IMG/VR virus record: IMGVR_UViG_3300044641_009805
Location: 1-64,000 of that record
Direction: 5' to 3' (one strand)
DNA length: 64,000 nucleotides
Position numbers and translations under genes: made by a program. The notes under the pieces are model-generated. The model worked only from the letters and a program-made list of their open reading frames with translations, was not told the DNA's origin and made no database searches. Of the stretch, positions 37,335 through 47,137 are shown in pieces; position 1 is the first letter of the stretch, and each line of letters starts with the position of its first letter.

Positions 37335-38957
37335 ATGTCTTTTGAACCCCATCCTCCTAAATCTAATAATTGCGTGTTATTTTCTAGCGATGCTAGAAAA
37401 AAGCTATATGCAGGTCTTAGCATAGCAGCTGAAGCAGTAAGCTGCACTTTAGGTCCGAATGGAAAAACAGTCTTAATCCAAAATGGAAATGATTCTCCGA
37501 TCATTACAAAAGACGGCGTAACGGTCAGCAAATCCGTAAAACTAGATGATCCAGTAGAGATGATGGGAGTAAGGCTACTGAGAGAAGCAGCGTCTCAAAC
37601 CAATGACACAGCTGGCGATGGAACGACTACCTCGACCGTCCTTACACATGCTTTAGTAAAAAATGGATTAAATTTGTTAGAGGCGGGTTACAACGCGAAA
37701 AAATTAGTAGAAGGAATGGACATCGCGATCAAATTAGTGACTGATGCCGTTGTTTCTCAGGCACATCCAGTCGAAACGACTGAAGAAATTGCGCAAATTG
37801 GTACCATTTCAGCCAATGGTGATAAGAAAATAGGTGAGCTAATTTCAGCTGCAATGGAAAAAGTTGGAAGAGATGGAATCATTACTGTAGAAGATGCTAA
37901 GGGAATGGCGACCACTCTTGACGTGGTTGACGGAATGCAGTTTGATAGGGGTTATTTAAGTCCTTACTTCGTTACGAACAACGAAAAGATGCATGCTTCT
38001 TATAATGATGCATATGTTCTAATCACAGATAAAAAAATATCTGTATTAAAGGATCTTGTTCCTATTCTTGAATCTGTGGTAAATTCTAGAAAACCTCTTC
38101 TCATCATTGCTGATGATGTTGACGGAGAAGCATTACAAGGGTTAGTTCTTAATAGAGTGAAATCTCAATTACCGATTGTTGCCATTAAGTCTCCTGGATT
38201 TGGAACTTCAAAAGATGAATATCTTATTGATATTTCAAAACTGACAGGAGCTAAGCTGGTTTCTAGCTCTACTGGTTTGTCTTTGGACAAAGTAAAACTA
38301 TCAGATCTGGGAACTGCAAAGAAGTTTGTTGTCGATGCAAAAACCACTACGATCGTTGGTCCTTCATCTGCGAGAGAGCAGGTCCAAGAGCATGTTTCTG
38401 ATTTAAAAGTGAGGCTTAATGATGTAACAATAAGCTCTCTTGAAATGAATAACCTAAGAACCAGAATTGCTCGGCTCGCTTCTGGGGTTGCTGTCGTACG
38501 AGTCGGCGGGGCCACCGAGATGGAAATGATCGAACGCAAATATAGAATAGAAGATGCTCTTCATGCGACACGCGCAGCGACTGAAGAAGGAATAATTCCG
38601 GGCGGAGGAACAGCTTTATACACGGCATCGATAGCAGCCAGAAAAGCTACAAAAAATGTCTCTTATGAAAGGGACGTGTTGGCCGGAATTGAAATGGTTT
38701 TTAAATCTTGCGTAGAACCATTGAGGAGAATTGCTCATAATAGTGGCAAATCGCCAGACGTCATTGAAGAATGTATGAGTAAGAATGTCAATAACAACTT
38801 CGGATATGATGCTTCTTCAGGCGAGTTTGTCGATCTTGTGGCGGCTGGTATTATCGACCCAGTCAAGGTTACTAAAATGGCTCTTAAGAATTCTTCTTCA
38901 GTTGCTAGACTGTTTTTAACTTTAGACGCTGTCTTGGTCAATGGAGAAACTGCTTGA
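37335..38957 (+). CDS. groEL: chaperonin GroEL
   Basis: TLGPNG, ITKDGVTV, AGDGTTT, GMQFDRGYLSPYF, EEGIIPGGG, IIDPVKV. Confidence 0.95.
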   Translation: MSFEPHPPKSNNCVLFSSDARKKLYAGLSIAAEAVSCTLGPNGKTVLIQNGNDSPIITKDGVTVSKSVKLDDPVEMMGVRLLREAASQTNDTAGDGTTTSTVLTHALVKNGLNLLEAGYNAKKLVEGMDIAIKLVTDAVVSQAHPVETTEEIAQIGTISANGDKKIGELISAAMEKVGRDGIITVEDAKGMATTLDVVDGMQFDRGYLSPYFVTNNEKMHASYNDAYVLITDKKISVLKDLVPILESVVNSRKPLLIIADDVDGEALQGLVLNRVKSQLPIVAIKSPGFGTSKDEYLIDISKLTGAKLVSSSTGLSLDKVKLSDLGTAKKFVVDAKTTTIVGPSSAREQVQEHVSDLKVRLNDVTISSLEMNNLRTRIARLASGVAVVRVGGATEMEMIERKYRIEDALHATRAATEEGIIPGGGTALYTASIAARKATKNVSYERDVLAGIEMVFKSCVEPLRRIAHNSGKSPDVIEECMSKNVNNNFGYDASSGEFVDLVAAGIIDPVKVTKMALKNSSSVARLFLTLDAVLVNGETA

Positions 38958-39172
38958 TTTTACCTAGATTTTCCAAGGGAGACCTTGTCAAATTTAAAAT
39001 GAAAAGTCCTGAAAAAAATGGTATTGTTATAGACGTACACCATTCTAATTCATGCAAAAGCAAACACGTCGAGCACATGTCCAATAGCTATTCTCAAGTT
39101 TACTATGTTCTTGTAGACGGAACTTCAGTTGAAGGACCATACTTTTTTGATGAGCTATTGAGGGTGGTTTGA
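38954..39172 (+). CDS. small SH3-like hypothetical protein
   Basis: FSKGDLVKF..GIVIDV. Confidence 0.55.
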   Translation: MILPRFSKGDLVKFKMKSPEKNGIVIDVHHSNSCKSKHVEHMSNSYSQVYYVLVDGTSVEGPYFFDELLRVV

Positions 39173-39558
39173 AAAATCATGCAAAGATTTCTTCATCTGG
39201 AAAAGTAGAAGAGATTATCTTACCTAGTTACATGTCGTCTCTGTGCACAGAAGAAATTCTAGTAATAAAAGAAAAAATGAGAAAGAACGTGATAATCGCT
39301 TGTGGTTATCATCATTCATCTAAACGAATAGTCATCTTAAATGAAGATTCTAACATTTTGGAATTAATTCCTGAAGATTTTTTTGGAATGAATTTAACGA
39401 TTCTACAAGCGGTCCCTATAAAGTCTGGGTCTAAAATTGAAATTACCACTTCCAGGACTTTTATAGAAGTTGATTCAAGAGACGTTATTAGCGCATCTAA
39501 CTACGTAGACATATCGAATTTGGAAATAGATATGATACATGAAAATCAAGTTATCTGA
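39169..39558 (+). CDS. hypothetical protein
   Basis: ORF only. Confidence 0.45.
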   Translation: MKNHAKISSSGKVEEIILPSYMSSLCTEEILVIKEKMRKNVIIACGYHHSSKRIVILNEDSNILELIPEDFFGMNLTILQAVPIKSGSKIEITTSRTFIEVDSRDVISASNYVDISNLEIDMIHENQVI

Positions 39559-39757
39559 ATTAAGAAAGATTATAAGAGAAGAAGTTGAAAGAAATTTACG
39601 TTGGTCTGCAGGATACTTTGGAGGAGATTTAAGTAGTCCTCAAAAAGGAATAAATTACGTACCTCTCCAAGGGTTAGGAAGTTCGACAGAAGAAGAAAAA
39701 AAACAAATAGAAAATTATGAAGAAGAAGAAGAACTCGAAAGAGACATCACAGATTGA
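39539..39757 (+). CDS. LRxxIRE-leader small protein
   Basis: MKIKLSELRKIIREEVE. Confidence 0.7.
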   Translation: MKIKLSELRKIIREEVERNLRWSAGYFGGDLSSPQKGINYVPLQGLGSSTEEEKKQIENYEEEEELERDITD

Positions 39758-39968
39758 AAGAGAAGATAGTTTAGAGCTCACAGGAACTGTCGAAGAGGCA
39801 TTACCTGGCACCTTATTCAAGGTAAAAACAACAACAGGCCAGACTGTATTGGCAACGCTGTCAGGAAAGTTAAGGCAAAATCACATCGTCGTATTACCAG
39901 GGGATGATGTAACAGTTGAAGTTTCAATCTACGATACTACAAGAGGTCGAATCTCGTGGCGCAGATAA
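39717..39968 (+). CDS. infA: translation initiation factor IF-1
   Basis: G.VEEALP..FKV..VLA.LSGKLRQNHIVVLPGDDV.VE.S.YD.TRGRI.WR. Confidence 0.92.
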   Translation: MKKKKNSKETSQIEREDSLELTGTVEEALPGTLFKVKTTTGQTVLATLSGKLRQNHIVVLPGDDVTVEVSIYDTTRGRISWRR

Positions 39969-39981
39969 ACGGGAGAATGAA

Positions 39982-40140
39982 ATGATTCAATGGGCGCTTG
40001 AACACCCTTACTTGTTTTTTACTATGTTTTTATTTTCACTAGTAACAATGGTAAGCATTACAGCAGAAATTAGCAACTCTATAGCGTCATGTTTCGCTAA
40101 GAATGTAGCAGAAAAAGAAAAGTCTACTAAAGAATCCTAG
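39982..40140 (+). CDS. small membrane protein
   Basis: One TM helix after GGAG RBS. Confidence 0.45.
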   Translation: MIQWALEHPYLFFTMFLFSLVTMVSITAEISNSIASCFAKNVAEKEKSTKES

Positions 40141-40150
40141 TTATAAGCAT

Positions 40151-40438
40151 ATGAAAAACAAAATCTTGAGAGAGTATATCAAAGAAACAATCAGAGAGGT
40201 GTTAGAAGGACCTCACATCAGCAATGTACTTTCTCAAGATTTAACTTCAAGAGAACAGTTGGGTTCTATCGCTGATCCTGAAGATGAAAAAATTATATCG
40301 CATCTTTCAGAACCAGAAGTAGATCTCGAAGATTGTTACGGACCAGTTCCTCCAATTTCAGACGACGTTGGTGTCTTTCCAGACATGTATACAAAAGATT
40401 ATCACGTGATTCCTCATAGCCCAATATACAGGTCATGA
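40151..40438 (+). CDS. LRxxIRE-leader protein
   Basis: ILREYIKETIREVLE. Confidence 0.65.
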   Translation: MKNKILREYIKETIREVLEGPHISNVLSQDLTSREQLGSIADPEDEKIISHLSEPEVDLEDCYGPVPPISDDVGVFPDMYTKDYHVIPHSPIYRS

Positions 40439-40773
40439 ATACTTTTAAGCATGCCTTTAATGTTTTTTTTGCTACCATTAGAGAAAAATCTAAGGAGCTT
40501 AGAAGAGACAAATTATGGCCGCTGGTAAGAGCAGCGCATTTAGAACTTAATGAATCGTGTGTGGCATGCGGAAAGAAAAAGAAAATACAAGTTCATCATA
40601 TAATTCCAGTACACATTGATCCTTCTTTCGAACTAGACAGCGAAAACTTGATCACCTTATGTATGGATCAATACGAGTGTCATTTGAACATAGGCCACAA
40701 AGGTTCATGGCGAAATCACAATCCTAATGTAAGAAAAGATGCTCAAGATTTCTACTCAAAGTTAAAAACATGA
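40435..40773 (+). CDS. HNH endonuclease
   Basis: CVACG..QVHHIIP..NLITLC..CHLNIGH. Confidence 0.85.
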   Translation: MNTFKHAFNVFFATIREKSKELRRDKLWPLVRAAHLELNESCVACGKKKKIQVHHIIPVHIDPSFELDSENLITLCMDQYECHLNIGHKGSWRNHNPNVRKDAQDFYSKLKT

Positions 40774-40936
40774 AAAAATCAGAAAAAGATCTGTATTCGT
40801 CGATCGTAGAAAAAACCGCTTCTGGCATTTCTCTTAAAATTAAAGAAGAGCAAAGAAAAGACGCTCTTTCGCTCGTTGATCAAGAACTGTGTTATTGGAG
40901 TCTAGACTACGATCACATTTGCTCTTACTAGATCGA

Positions 40937-41362
40937 TCAACCGATCATATTCCACATAATGTTATATACATCATGTTGCTTAATCAACATGTTGAAAACT
41001 CCTGTATTTTCTCCACCTAGTAAAAACCCAAGAGCTACATTAGAAGATCCATCGATATCAATAATTTTCTTATCAAGAACTATCCCTAATCCCAATGACA
41101 TATTTGGAATTGAATGATAAGGTTCCCAAGCACCATCATTCAAAGGTTTCCATATTATGCTTCTATCTGGAAGTATGGGATCTCCGTTTTTTGCGCAACC
41201 GATAATCAATAACTTGTCATAATCTGTCGGGCTTTTATCAAAAAAGCCCCAACAACCAAGCGAGGGTGACCACACCCTCGCTTGGTTTTTTTCTTTTGCA
41301 AAAAATTCTTTTGCAATTCTTTCTATAAGTTCAAGTCCGCAAACTTCATGTAATCCTGGCAC
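40937..41362 (-). CDS. hypothetical protein
   Basis: ORF only. Confidence 0.45.
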   Translation of the reverse strand: MPGLHEVCGLELIERIAKEFFAKEKNQARVWSPSLGCWGFFDKSPTDYDKLLIIGCAKNGDPILPDRSIIWKPLNDGAWEPYHSIPNMSLGLGIVLDKKIIDIDGSSNVALGFLLGGENTGVFNMLIKQHDVYNIMWNMIG

Positions 41363-41487
41363 GGTTGCCTTTGGAAAAGTAAGTACAATGTCCTGAATCG
41401 TTGGAATAAATAATCTTGTATATAACTTAATAGTTTTCGATTGGAAGATTTTTCCGAATTATTCAGGCCATCATACATAACTATGTA

Positions 41488-41949
41488 TCAACATCCGCCA
41501 GACTTCGTGCAACGTTTTTCAACTAAAGTCTTCATACCACCACATTTACCTGATGCGTATGCACCAAGAGCTGGTCGAAGACCTCCACAGGTTTTATTTA
41601 ACGAACGAATCACGCCTAGTCCTGCCTTGAAACCTGCCACTGCTGAGGAACGTAGCTTATCACAAGACACGCCTCCTGTCCTCGGCATTACTTGCATGAT
41701 TCCACAGGATCGACCACCATCTCCCAACGCATCATGCTTCCATGACGATTCCCAATATGACCAAGCGATGAGAAGTTTACCTAGCTTTTCTCTTGCGGCT
41801 TTTGGGTCATTGGACAATTCAGGATATAGTTCGGTCGCATCCACGTCTGCAATAACTACAGAAATGGCATCAACTGCTGTTCGAGCCCTTGTCTCTGCTC
41901 CGCCACCCGAAAGCGTAAGAGCGAGGGCAATAAGTGCTTCTTTCAACAT
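41488..41949 (-). CDS. secreted lytic transglycosylase (SLT-like)
   Basis: Signal peptide; WESS, GIMQV, ALGAYASG motifs. Confidence 0.75.
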   Translation of the reverse strand: MLKEALIALALTLSGGGAETRARTAVDAISVVIADVDATELYPELSNDPKAAREKLGKLLIAWSYWESSWKHDALGDGGRSCGIMQVMPRTGGVSCDKLRSSAVAGFKAGLGVIRSLNKTCGGLRPALGAYASGKCGGMKTLVEKRCTKSGGC

Positions 41950-42102
41950 ATCATGTCTACCTTTCTAATTCGTCAGCGAATATTCAAGACGCTGCCTCCT
42001 TAAATATGGAGGTTGCTCAAATGTAATCAACTTAAGTACGTTGTATTCCGTTCGCACGTTTAATCTGAATAAAACTTTTAGAAGTAGAATATAATTAATG
42101 TC

Positions 42103-42399
42103 ATGAGTTCACCTGGAAAAGTAACGGAAAATCTTCTCAGGAAATTGATAAGAGAAATCATATTAGAGAAGAAAAAACCGGGCGGAGGAATTACGAAAAT
42201 AGGGGCAAAAAAGATAGTAGATCCTAGTTCAGCTGACATAGAGATTAGGAATGCTCTTGCAGATGAGCAAGGATCCGTTTCTGACGCGGCTGAAACATTA
42301 GATGTCTCTACAAGAACTCTTTACAATTACATCGACGATGACTCTAGACTGAAGAGAGTAAAAGACAAATTTGAAAAAAACGACGAAAAGAACAAGTGA
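42103..42399 (+). CDS. LRxxIRE-leader protein with Fis-type HTH
   Basis: LLRKLIREIILE; GSVSDAAETLDVSTRTLYNYI. Confidence 0.7.
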   Translation: MSSPGKVTENLLRKLIREIILEKKKPGGGITKIGAKKIVDPSSADIEIRNALADEQGSVSDAAETLDVSTRTLYNYIDDDSRLKRVKDKFEKNDEKNK

Positions 42400-42406
42400 G
42401 TCAGAC

Positions 42407-43237
42407 ATGAAAAGAAGCAATTACGTTCTAGAGAAAATCTACAAAAGACTCTTAAAAGAGGCTGAAGAAGATAAGCAGCTTTCAGCTCAGCAAATAGATT
42501 ACGCAAAAAAAATCGCTGAAAAACTTGCGAGTGCTGCCAAAAAAGACGTAGGGCTTCTAACTGAAAAATATGGAGATACGGGAATTGCAATAGTTCTCTA
42601 TAAAACAAACGTATTTGTCGGTAATGTGTTAGCCAGCTTGAACACAGAAGAAGGTAAGGGAGGAGACACACAGGCCATAGCTGACGCCACTGAAAATAGC
42701 ATCGTTGGCATGATTGTTATAGACAAAGCGCCTGATAGGTGCAATGATGCCATGGTCGTCAAATATGTCTTTGCAAAAGAGAAGTACGGACCATTATTGT
42801 ACATAATAGCCATGCAATTCTCACCTTCAGGCAGAATCATATCTGATAGAACAGCGGTAAGTGATGATGCTAGACCAATGTATGTGACCTTAGGTCAACG
42901 CGGCGACATTGAGAAAAAACCACTTGACGACAATCTTCTTCCTATGAAAAAAAGAAGAACGCCTGATGATCCATCTGATGACTGCGAAGTCTGGAATCAC
43001 AAGGGTCAACGTCCTAAAGAGGAGTTCCTCGATTACTCATATGGTGGTGCTTCCATCGATGTTAACAGGTTGAAGAATCATCACAAAGAATCTATGGAGA
43101 TGCTGAACAGATACGTGCAGAAGTATCTTGGATGGTCTCCAGACTTTGCTGCTGATTATCTGTCAAAAGTGGCATCTATGCTGTTTATGAGAATTTATCA
43201 CGCAATGCCGATATCAAAAAGAGGATTAAAAAACTAG
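42407..43237 (+). CDS. GNAT-like paralog 2
   Basis: IVGMI..C.DAM..YGPLLY..SPSG.IISDR..DDC..EFLDYSY. Confidence 0.6.
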   Translation: MKRSNYVLEKIYKRLLKEAEEDKQLSAQQIDYAKKIAEKLASAAKKDVGLLTEKYGDTGIAIVLYKTNVFVGNVLASLNTEEGKGGDTQAIADATENSIVGMIVIDKAPDRCNDAMVVKYVFAKEKYGPLLYIIAMQFSPSGRIISDRTAVSDDARPMYVTLGQRGDIEKKPLDDNLLPMKKRRTPDDPSDDCEVWNHKGQRPKEEFLDYSYGGASIDVNRLKNHHKESMEMLNRYVQKYLGWSPDFAADYLSKVASMLFMRIYHAMPISKRGLKN

Positions 43238-43247
43238 AAGTTAAAAG

Positions 43248-43457
43248 TCACAGCTTCCAATCTTTTCTCCTCATTTTTAACCATTCAACAGGAAATTTTC
43301 CACAGGAATCTGCCCATTCCTTCACATTGGATAAAAATTCCTCCTCCCAACCTTCTGCTTTTGACTTTTCTCTTAATTGATCCATCAATTTCCACAAGGC
43401 TGAAATTTCTTCGCTACTCCAGGTGGCAGGGTCTGCAATCTCGTTCTTAAATCGCAT
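43248..43457 (-). CDS. hypothetical protein
   Basis: ORF only. Confidence 0.5.
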   Translation of the reverse strand: MRFKNEIADPATWSSEEISALWKLMDQLREKSKAEGWEEEFLSNVKEWADSCGKFPVEWLKMRRKDWKL

Positions 43458-43556
43458 AGAATATGTAGGAACTCACGTTTCGGCGAACAAACGGTAAAAT
43501 ACAGCTTTTTAATCGACAACGCCGCGCATTCTTGTTACGATTCATACATATTCTTT

Positions 43557-43781
43557 ATGAAGATTCGAAAGACATCCAAGCAAAATGCTAGAGAACCCTC
43601 ATATAAAGATCTTCACGATGCGTGGTGGTGCATCTATAACGCTCTTAAACACATAAAACCAAATATTGTAAGAGATTATTTCGTTCGAATCACGTTCGAG
43701 TCATTGTTAGAACAGTGTAATTGGAAAATAGAAGAATGGAATGAACAAACTATGTTAGCAAAGAAAAAAGGCCTTGAATAA
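43557..43781 (+). CDS. hypothetical protein
   Basis: ORF only. Confidence 0.5.
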   Translation: MKIRKTSKQNAREPSYKDLHDAWWCIYNALKHIKPNIVRDYFVRITFESLLEQCNWKIEEWNEQTMLAKKKGLE

Positions 43782-43815
43782 GAATTCAAGGCCTTTGCAC
43801 GTCAAGATTGTTATT

Positions 43816-44382
43816 TCAATCTATCTCAGCAGCTTTTCTTGCTTCGAACAAGTCGCGCACCGCAGACAATAACTTGCTCTCATATAATTCTACCGGAGGA
43901 TTTTTCGTCCAGTACGGAATTTGTTGCGTACCTTCATTTTTGTCTCCATAATTGTTCAGGCAGAAGATAGACTCAGGAAATACGCCGACCGTTGGCAGCA
44001 TGACTTTTTCCCAAACGATTTGGGGTCTGCAAACCTTTCCGCTTTCAGATTCCAAAAATGATACTTTTAGATCCCATCGCCAGGGACGAATCGACGAATT
44101 CGAACATTGATCGACGAATTGCTTGACCCATTCCTCCGTAACATCAAGATAATGAGCAACTTTTGCAATCCAAATGTCTGGTGAGGGGATCCAAAAGGTG
44201 TCATATTCGTTACCTTCTTTTCTCGTCTCAGAGTACCAAAGAACGCACATTGCAGGAGAAAATTCTTTCTTATCCCAGTCCGCCCATCTTACTCGAGTCG
44301 TTACTTTGCATGCGTCTCGAGTTCCGACGCCTTTTGAATTAACCCACTGACACGCTTCCATGATACGATCTAGTCGTTCCAT
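43816..44382 (-). CDS. hypothetical protein
   Basis: ORF with GTGAAA-N18-TAGAAT promoter just upstream. Confidence 0.6.
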   Translation of the reverse strand: MERLDRIMEACQWVNSKGVGTRDACKVTTRVRWADWDKKEFSPAMCVLWYSETRKEGNEYDTFWIPSPDIWIAKVAHYLDVTEEWVKQFVDQCSNSSIRPWRWDLKVSFLESESGKVCRPQIVWEKVMLPTVGVFPESIFCLNNYGDKNEGTQQIPYWTKNPPVELYESKLLSAVRDLFEARKAAEID

Positions 44383-44438
44383 GGAATTTATTCTACACCA
44401 TTTGATCTAGTTATTTCACGACAACAAAAATGTTATAC

Positions 44439-44951
44439 TCATGCTGGATTGATTATCAGATAAGAAGCTGTATCAGAATCTCCTGCTGCGCTCGAAACCA
44501 CCGTAAAGCTGCCGTTGGACTTAGAAGACACAAGAGGTGTACCAGCTGGGTACGTTGCGGACTGTTTCGTCAAAAAAATCATAGAAGAAGTTTTTGCAAG
44601 AGTATTGGATATCGTGACAGGATTGCTTCCATTTAAGATCAATGTCCCCATCGGAACGTTAGAACCACTGCTCAACGATATCTCCCCAGTTACCAGTAAA
44701 GAACCTGTCACAACCAAAGATCCGACATCATCAATGATGAAATCTCCGCCAGTCATTGAAAAAGAACCAGTCATTTCAAAAGCCATCGAAGAACCGCCAG
44801 TTATCTCTAGAGGACCGTCTACAATCGTGGATCCTGAGACCGCAAGAGAACCAGATACAGTAACGTTGGTAAATGTAACATTATCAGCTAAATCATCGGA
44901 AGTTATTGTCCCATCCTGTATTTGCCCACCTCTAATCTGAGTTCTTGTCAT
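44439..44951 (-). CDS. putative virion structural protein (V/ITGS beta repeats)
   Basis: TQIRGGQI; repeated VTGS/SGS. Confidence 0.6.
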   Translation of the reverse strand: MTRTQIRGGQIQDGTITSDDLADNVTFTNVTVSGSLAVSGSTIVDGPLEITGGSSMAFEMTGSFSMTGGDFIIDDVGSLVVTGSLLVTGEISLSSGSNVPMGTLILNGSNPVTISNTLAKTSSMIFLTKQSATYPAGTPLVSSKSNGSFTVVSSAAGDSDTASYLIINPA

Positions 44952-45014
44952 TTTCTCTCAATAATTATATGCTTCAAAGTAATTGATAATTATATAGACG
45001 AGCTAGGGTGAGAA

Positions 45015-45713
45015 ATGAAGATCAGGTTGTCACAATTGAGAAAAATTATAAGAGAAGAAATCGTGCGACCTACTTTGTTTGAAAACCTCGACGATCTCAT
45101 TACCTCAGACATGGCCGCGGTGGTCTCAGACACGGGAACCTCACGTACCGCAGTGGTCTATAACGTCGATGCGTTGATAACCGCGTTGGGTAGACGTCGT
45201 CTCGACACTCTTAAAGTCGTAGGCATAGTTCAGATATCCGAACCTCGAGGAGCGCCATGCAGAGGCGCTTGGATGATTCGAGGCATCACAGGACCTGGGA
45301 AGATCATGTACGGTCTTGCTTATGCCATGTCCCCTACGGGGTTGGTCGTGCCAGATAGGTCAAGTGTGTCACCTTCGGCCACAGCAGCGTGGAAGAAATA
45401 TTCATTGAAAGCAGGTCCAGGCAAAATGTTACCTCTCGACGACGCCAGCCATCCAAAGCCTGGGACGGATCCTCATCATGACAAGCATCACACTGAAGAT
45501 CCCAATGATGATTGCTTTACATCACATGACGAAGAATTTCTCAATGCTGCCTATAAGGGACCCGGAGGAGAAGCCGCACTTCTTGATCGATTGACCAATA
45601 ATCATGAAAGAGCGTTGAAGATGATCGATGCAACGGGTCGCCGCCGAGAAGAGATAGAGACAGAGCTTCTCGATGCAGGATTCATGGCCTTCGACATTGC
45701 AATGGATTTTTAA
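45015..45713 (+). CDS. LRxxIRE-leader protein, GNAT-like paralog 3
   Basis: MKIRLSQLRKIIREE; VVGIV..C.GAW..GPGKIMY..PDR..DDC..EFLNAAY. Confidence 0.65.
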   Translation: MKIRLSQLRKIIREEIVRPTLFENLDDLITSDMAAVVSDTGTSRTAVVYNVDALITALGRRRLDTLKVVGIVQISEPRGAPCRGAWMIRGITGPGKIMYGLAYAMSPTGLVVPDRSSVSPSATAAWKKYSLKAGPGKMLPLDDASHPKPGTDPHHDKHHTEDPNDDCFTSHDEEFLNAAYKGPGGEAALLDRLTNNHERALKMIDATGRRREEIETELLDAGFMAFDIAMDF

Positions 45714-45717
45714 GCGT

Positions 45718-46431
45718 TCACTCGAGGAGATCGTTTTGGAAAATAATGTCGCATATCAAACGAGAAACTTTCGTGTCTGATGGATAGTGGATCGCGACGA
45801 CCTCTCTAGAAAAAGCAATTTTTTTCCCCAAAGATCTCAAGGGGATTGACAAGCGAGGATATTTTCGTGAATAATACTCACTCATTACGAACCCAACCAA
45901 CGCATGACCGCTAGGATATGAAGCTGTCATGGCGTCAGTGCGTATAAGAGGATAGATTGGAAGCCCGAAATGACGAGCCAGCTGATATGGCCTGGGTCTA
46001 TCAATGACTTCTTTCAAATAAAACAGCAATGACAATGTTTGATTGTCAATCCTGTAGTACTCTTCCAAAGATTCCTCATATCCATTTTCAGACAGAAAAG
46101 AAAGAAACAATTCTGCTATGTTGCTTTCGTCATCCACGAACTTGGAAAAAGCTACATCTTCCTGCGTAGCTTCTCTCGTCAACTTCAACAACTTTTCAAG
46201 ATCTCTCTTGGTAACTTCGCCGTCATTGGTAGGCGCCGAACCTTGTATCTTCTCAGCCCAACCAGAACGAATGAACCACTCTTTGATGCGATCATCGGAC
46301 TTCCGCGCCAATTTAACGAATTCTATTGGTGCGTGACCATAACGAATGGAATTTGTCGGAATTAACCCTTTTTCGGGTTCGAAGATTTCTTCTCTAATAA
46401 TCTTCCGCAATTCACCAAGTTCAATCTTCAC
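45718..46431 (-). CDS. LRxxIRE-leader PAP2/acid phosphatase superfamily protein
   Basis: VKIELGELRKIIREE; K..IDRPRP, SYPSGH, SR....HYPSD. Confidence 0.85.
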   Translation of the reverse strand: MKIELGELRKIIREEIFEPEKGLIPTNSIRYGHAPIEFVKLARKSDDRIKEWFIRSGWAEKIQGSAPTNDGEVTKRDLEKLLKLTREATQEDVAFSKFVDDESNIAELFLSFLSENGYEESLEEYYRIDNQTLSLLFYLKEVIDRPRPYQLARHFGLPIYPLIRTDAMTASYPSGHALVGFVMSEYYSRKYPRLSIPLRSLGKKIAFSREVVAIHYPSDTKVSRLICDIIFQNDLLE

Positions 46432-47125
46432 GATACAACTCCTCCAACAACGCATCCAAATCCAATGACTTCATGTTCTGGTCCACAACGCTTATTCCTT
46501 TGAACGCCTTCCCGTAATCCACGAGACTCTTGACGTATTTGATTACGTCAGGATTGAAAGCCCCAACATCTGTCAAGACGATGGCCACAGGCCGCCAGTT
46601 GTCCAGCACACCCTCATTGCCCATAGATCCGGCCTCCTTGAAGCTCGCAGCATCAATGACGTAGTCCTCGAGGGCGCTCATGTTCATCATCGTACCGCGT
46701 CGGACCGCACCGGATGTTTTTGCATGTTGCGGTTGGGCCTCGTCGGCGTATCCGGTCCATATCGACCCCATGTCATTCGAGGCTAGGGTGACACGACCTT
46801 GAAGGACCACGCCAACGCCAGGCTCCATCCAAGCCGAAGCGGGTGATACCTTCTTGCCGGGGAGGTACAAACCGACGGACACCTCATCGCGACCCCTACC
46901 TTCGTCAAAGAAACTGAGGGCCTGATAACGACGAACCCAATGGACCTTCGTCAACCCGGCGAAGAAATCGTGGTCGGCTTCTGCATTCCACAATCGTTTG
47001 ATGTCTCGCGGTGCAGAAGGGCTCTTTCCCTTGATGATCGGCTCCGAGGCGGAAAGGAAAGACCCCTTGTCCTCTAGGAGAACCTTCTGAATAACCCGGC
47101 GTAATTCTGCTAATCGTATTTTCAT
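46421..47125 (-). CDS. LRxxIRE-leader protein, possible ART-like domain
   Basis: MKIRLAELRRVIQKVLLE; VHW..EVS..NEGVLDNW (inference). Confidence 0.55.
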   Translation of the reverse strand: MKIRLAELRRVIQKVLLEDKGSFLSASEPIIKGKSPSAPRDIKRLWNAEADHDFFAGLTKVHWVRRYQALSFFDEGRGRDEVSVGLYLPGKKVSPASAWMEPGVGVVLQGRVTLASNDMGSIWTGYADEAQPQHAKTSGAVRRGTMMNMSALEDYVIDAASFKEAGSMGNEGVLDNWRPVAIVLTDVGAFNPDVIKYVKSLVDYGKAFKGISVVDQNMKSLDLDALLEELYRED

Positions 47126-47137
47126 TCAGTTACCTCC

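Noticed and set aside
25744-39968. Window being a bacterial chromosome because of groEL, infA, prkA and mutM
   Set aside because: These genes are isolated among virion-like and tiny hypothetical genes, lack their usual operon partners (groES, ribosomal proteins) and share phage-type motifs with their neighbours
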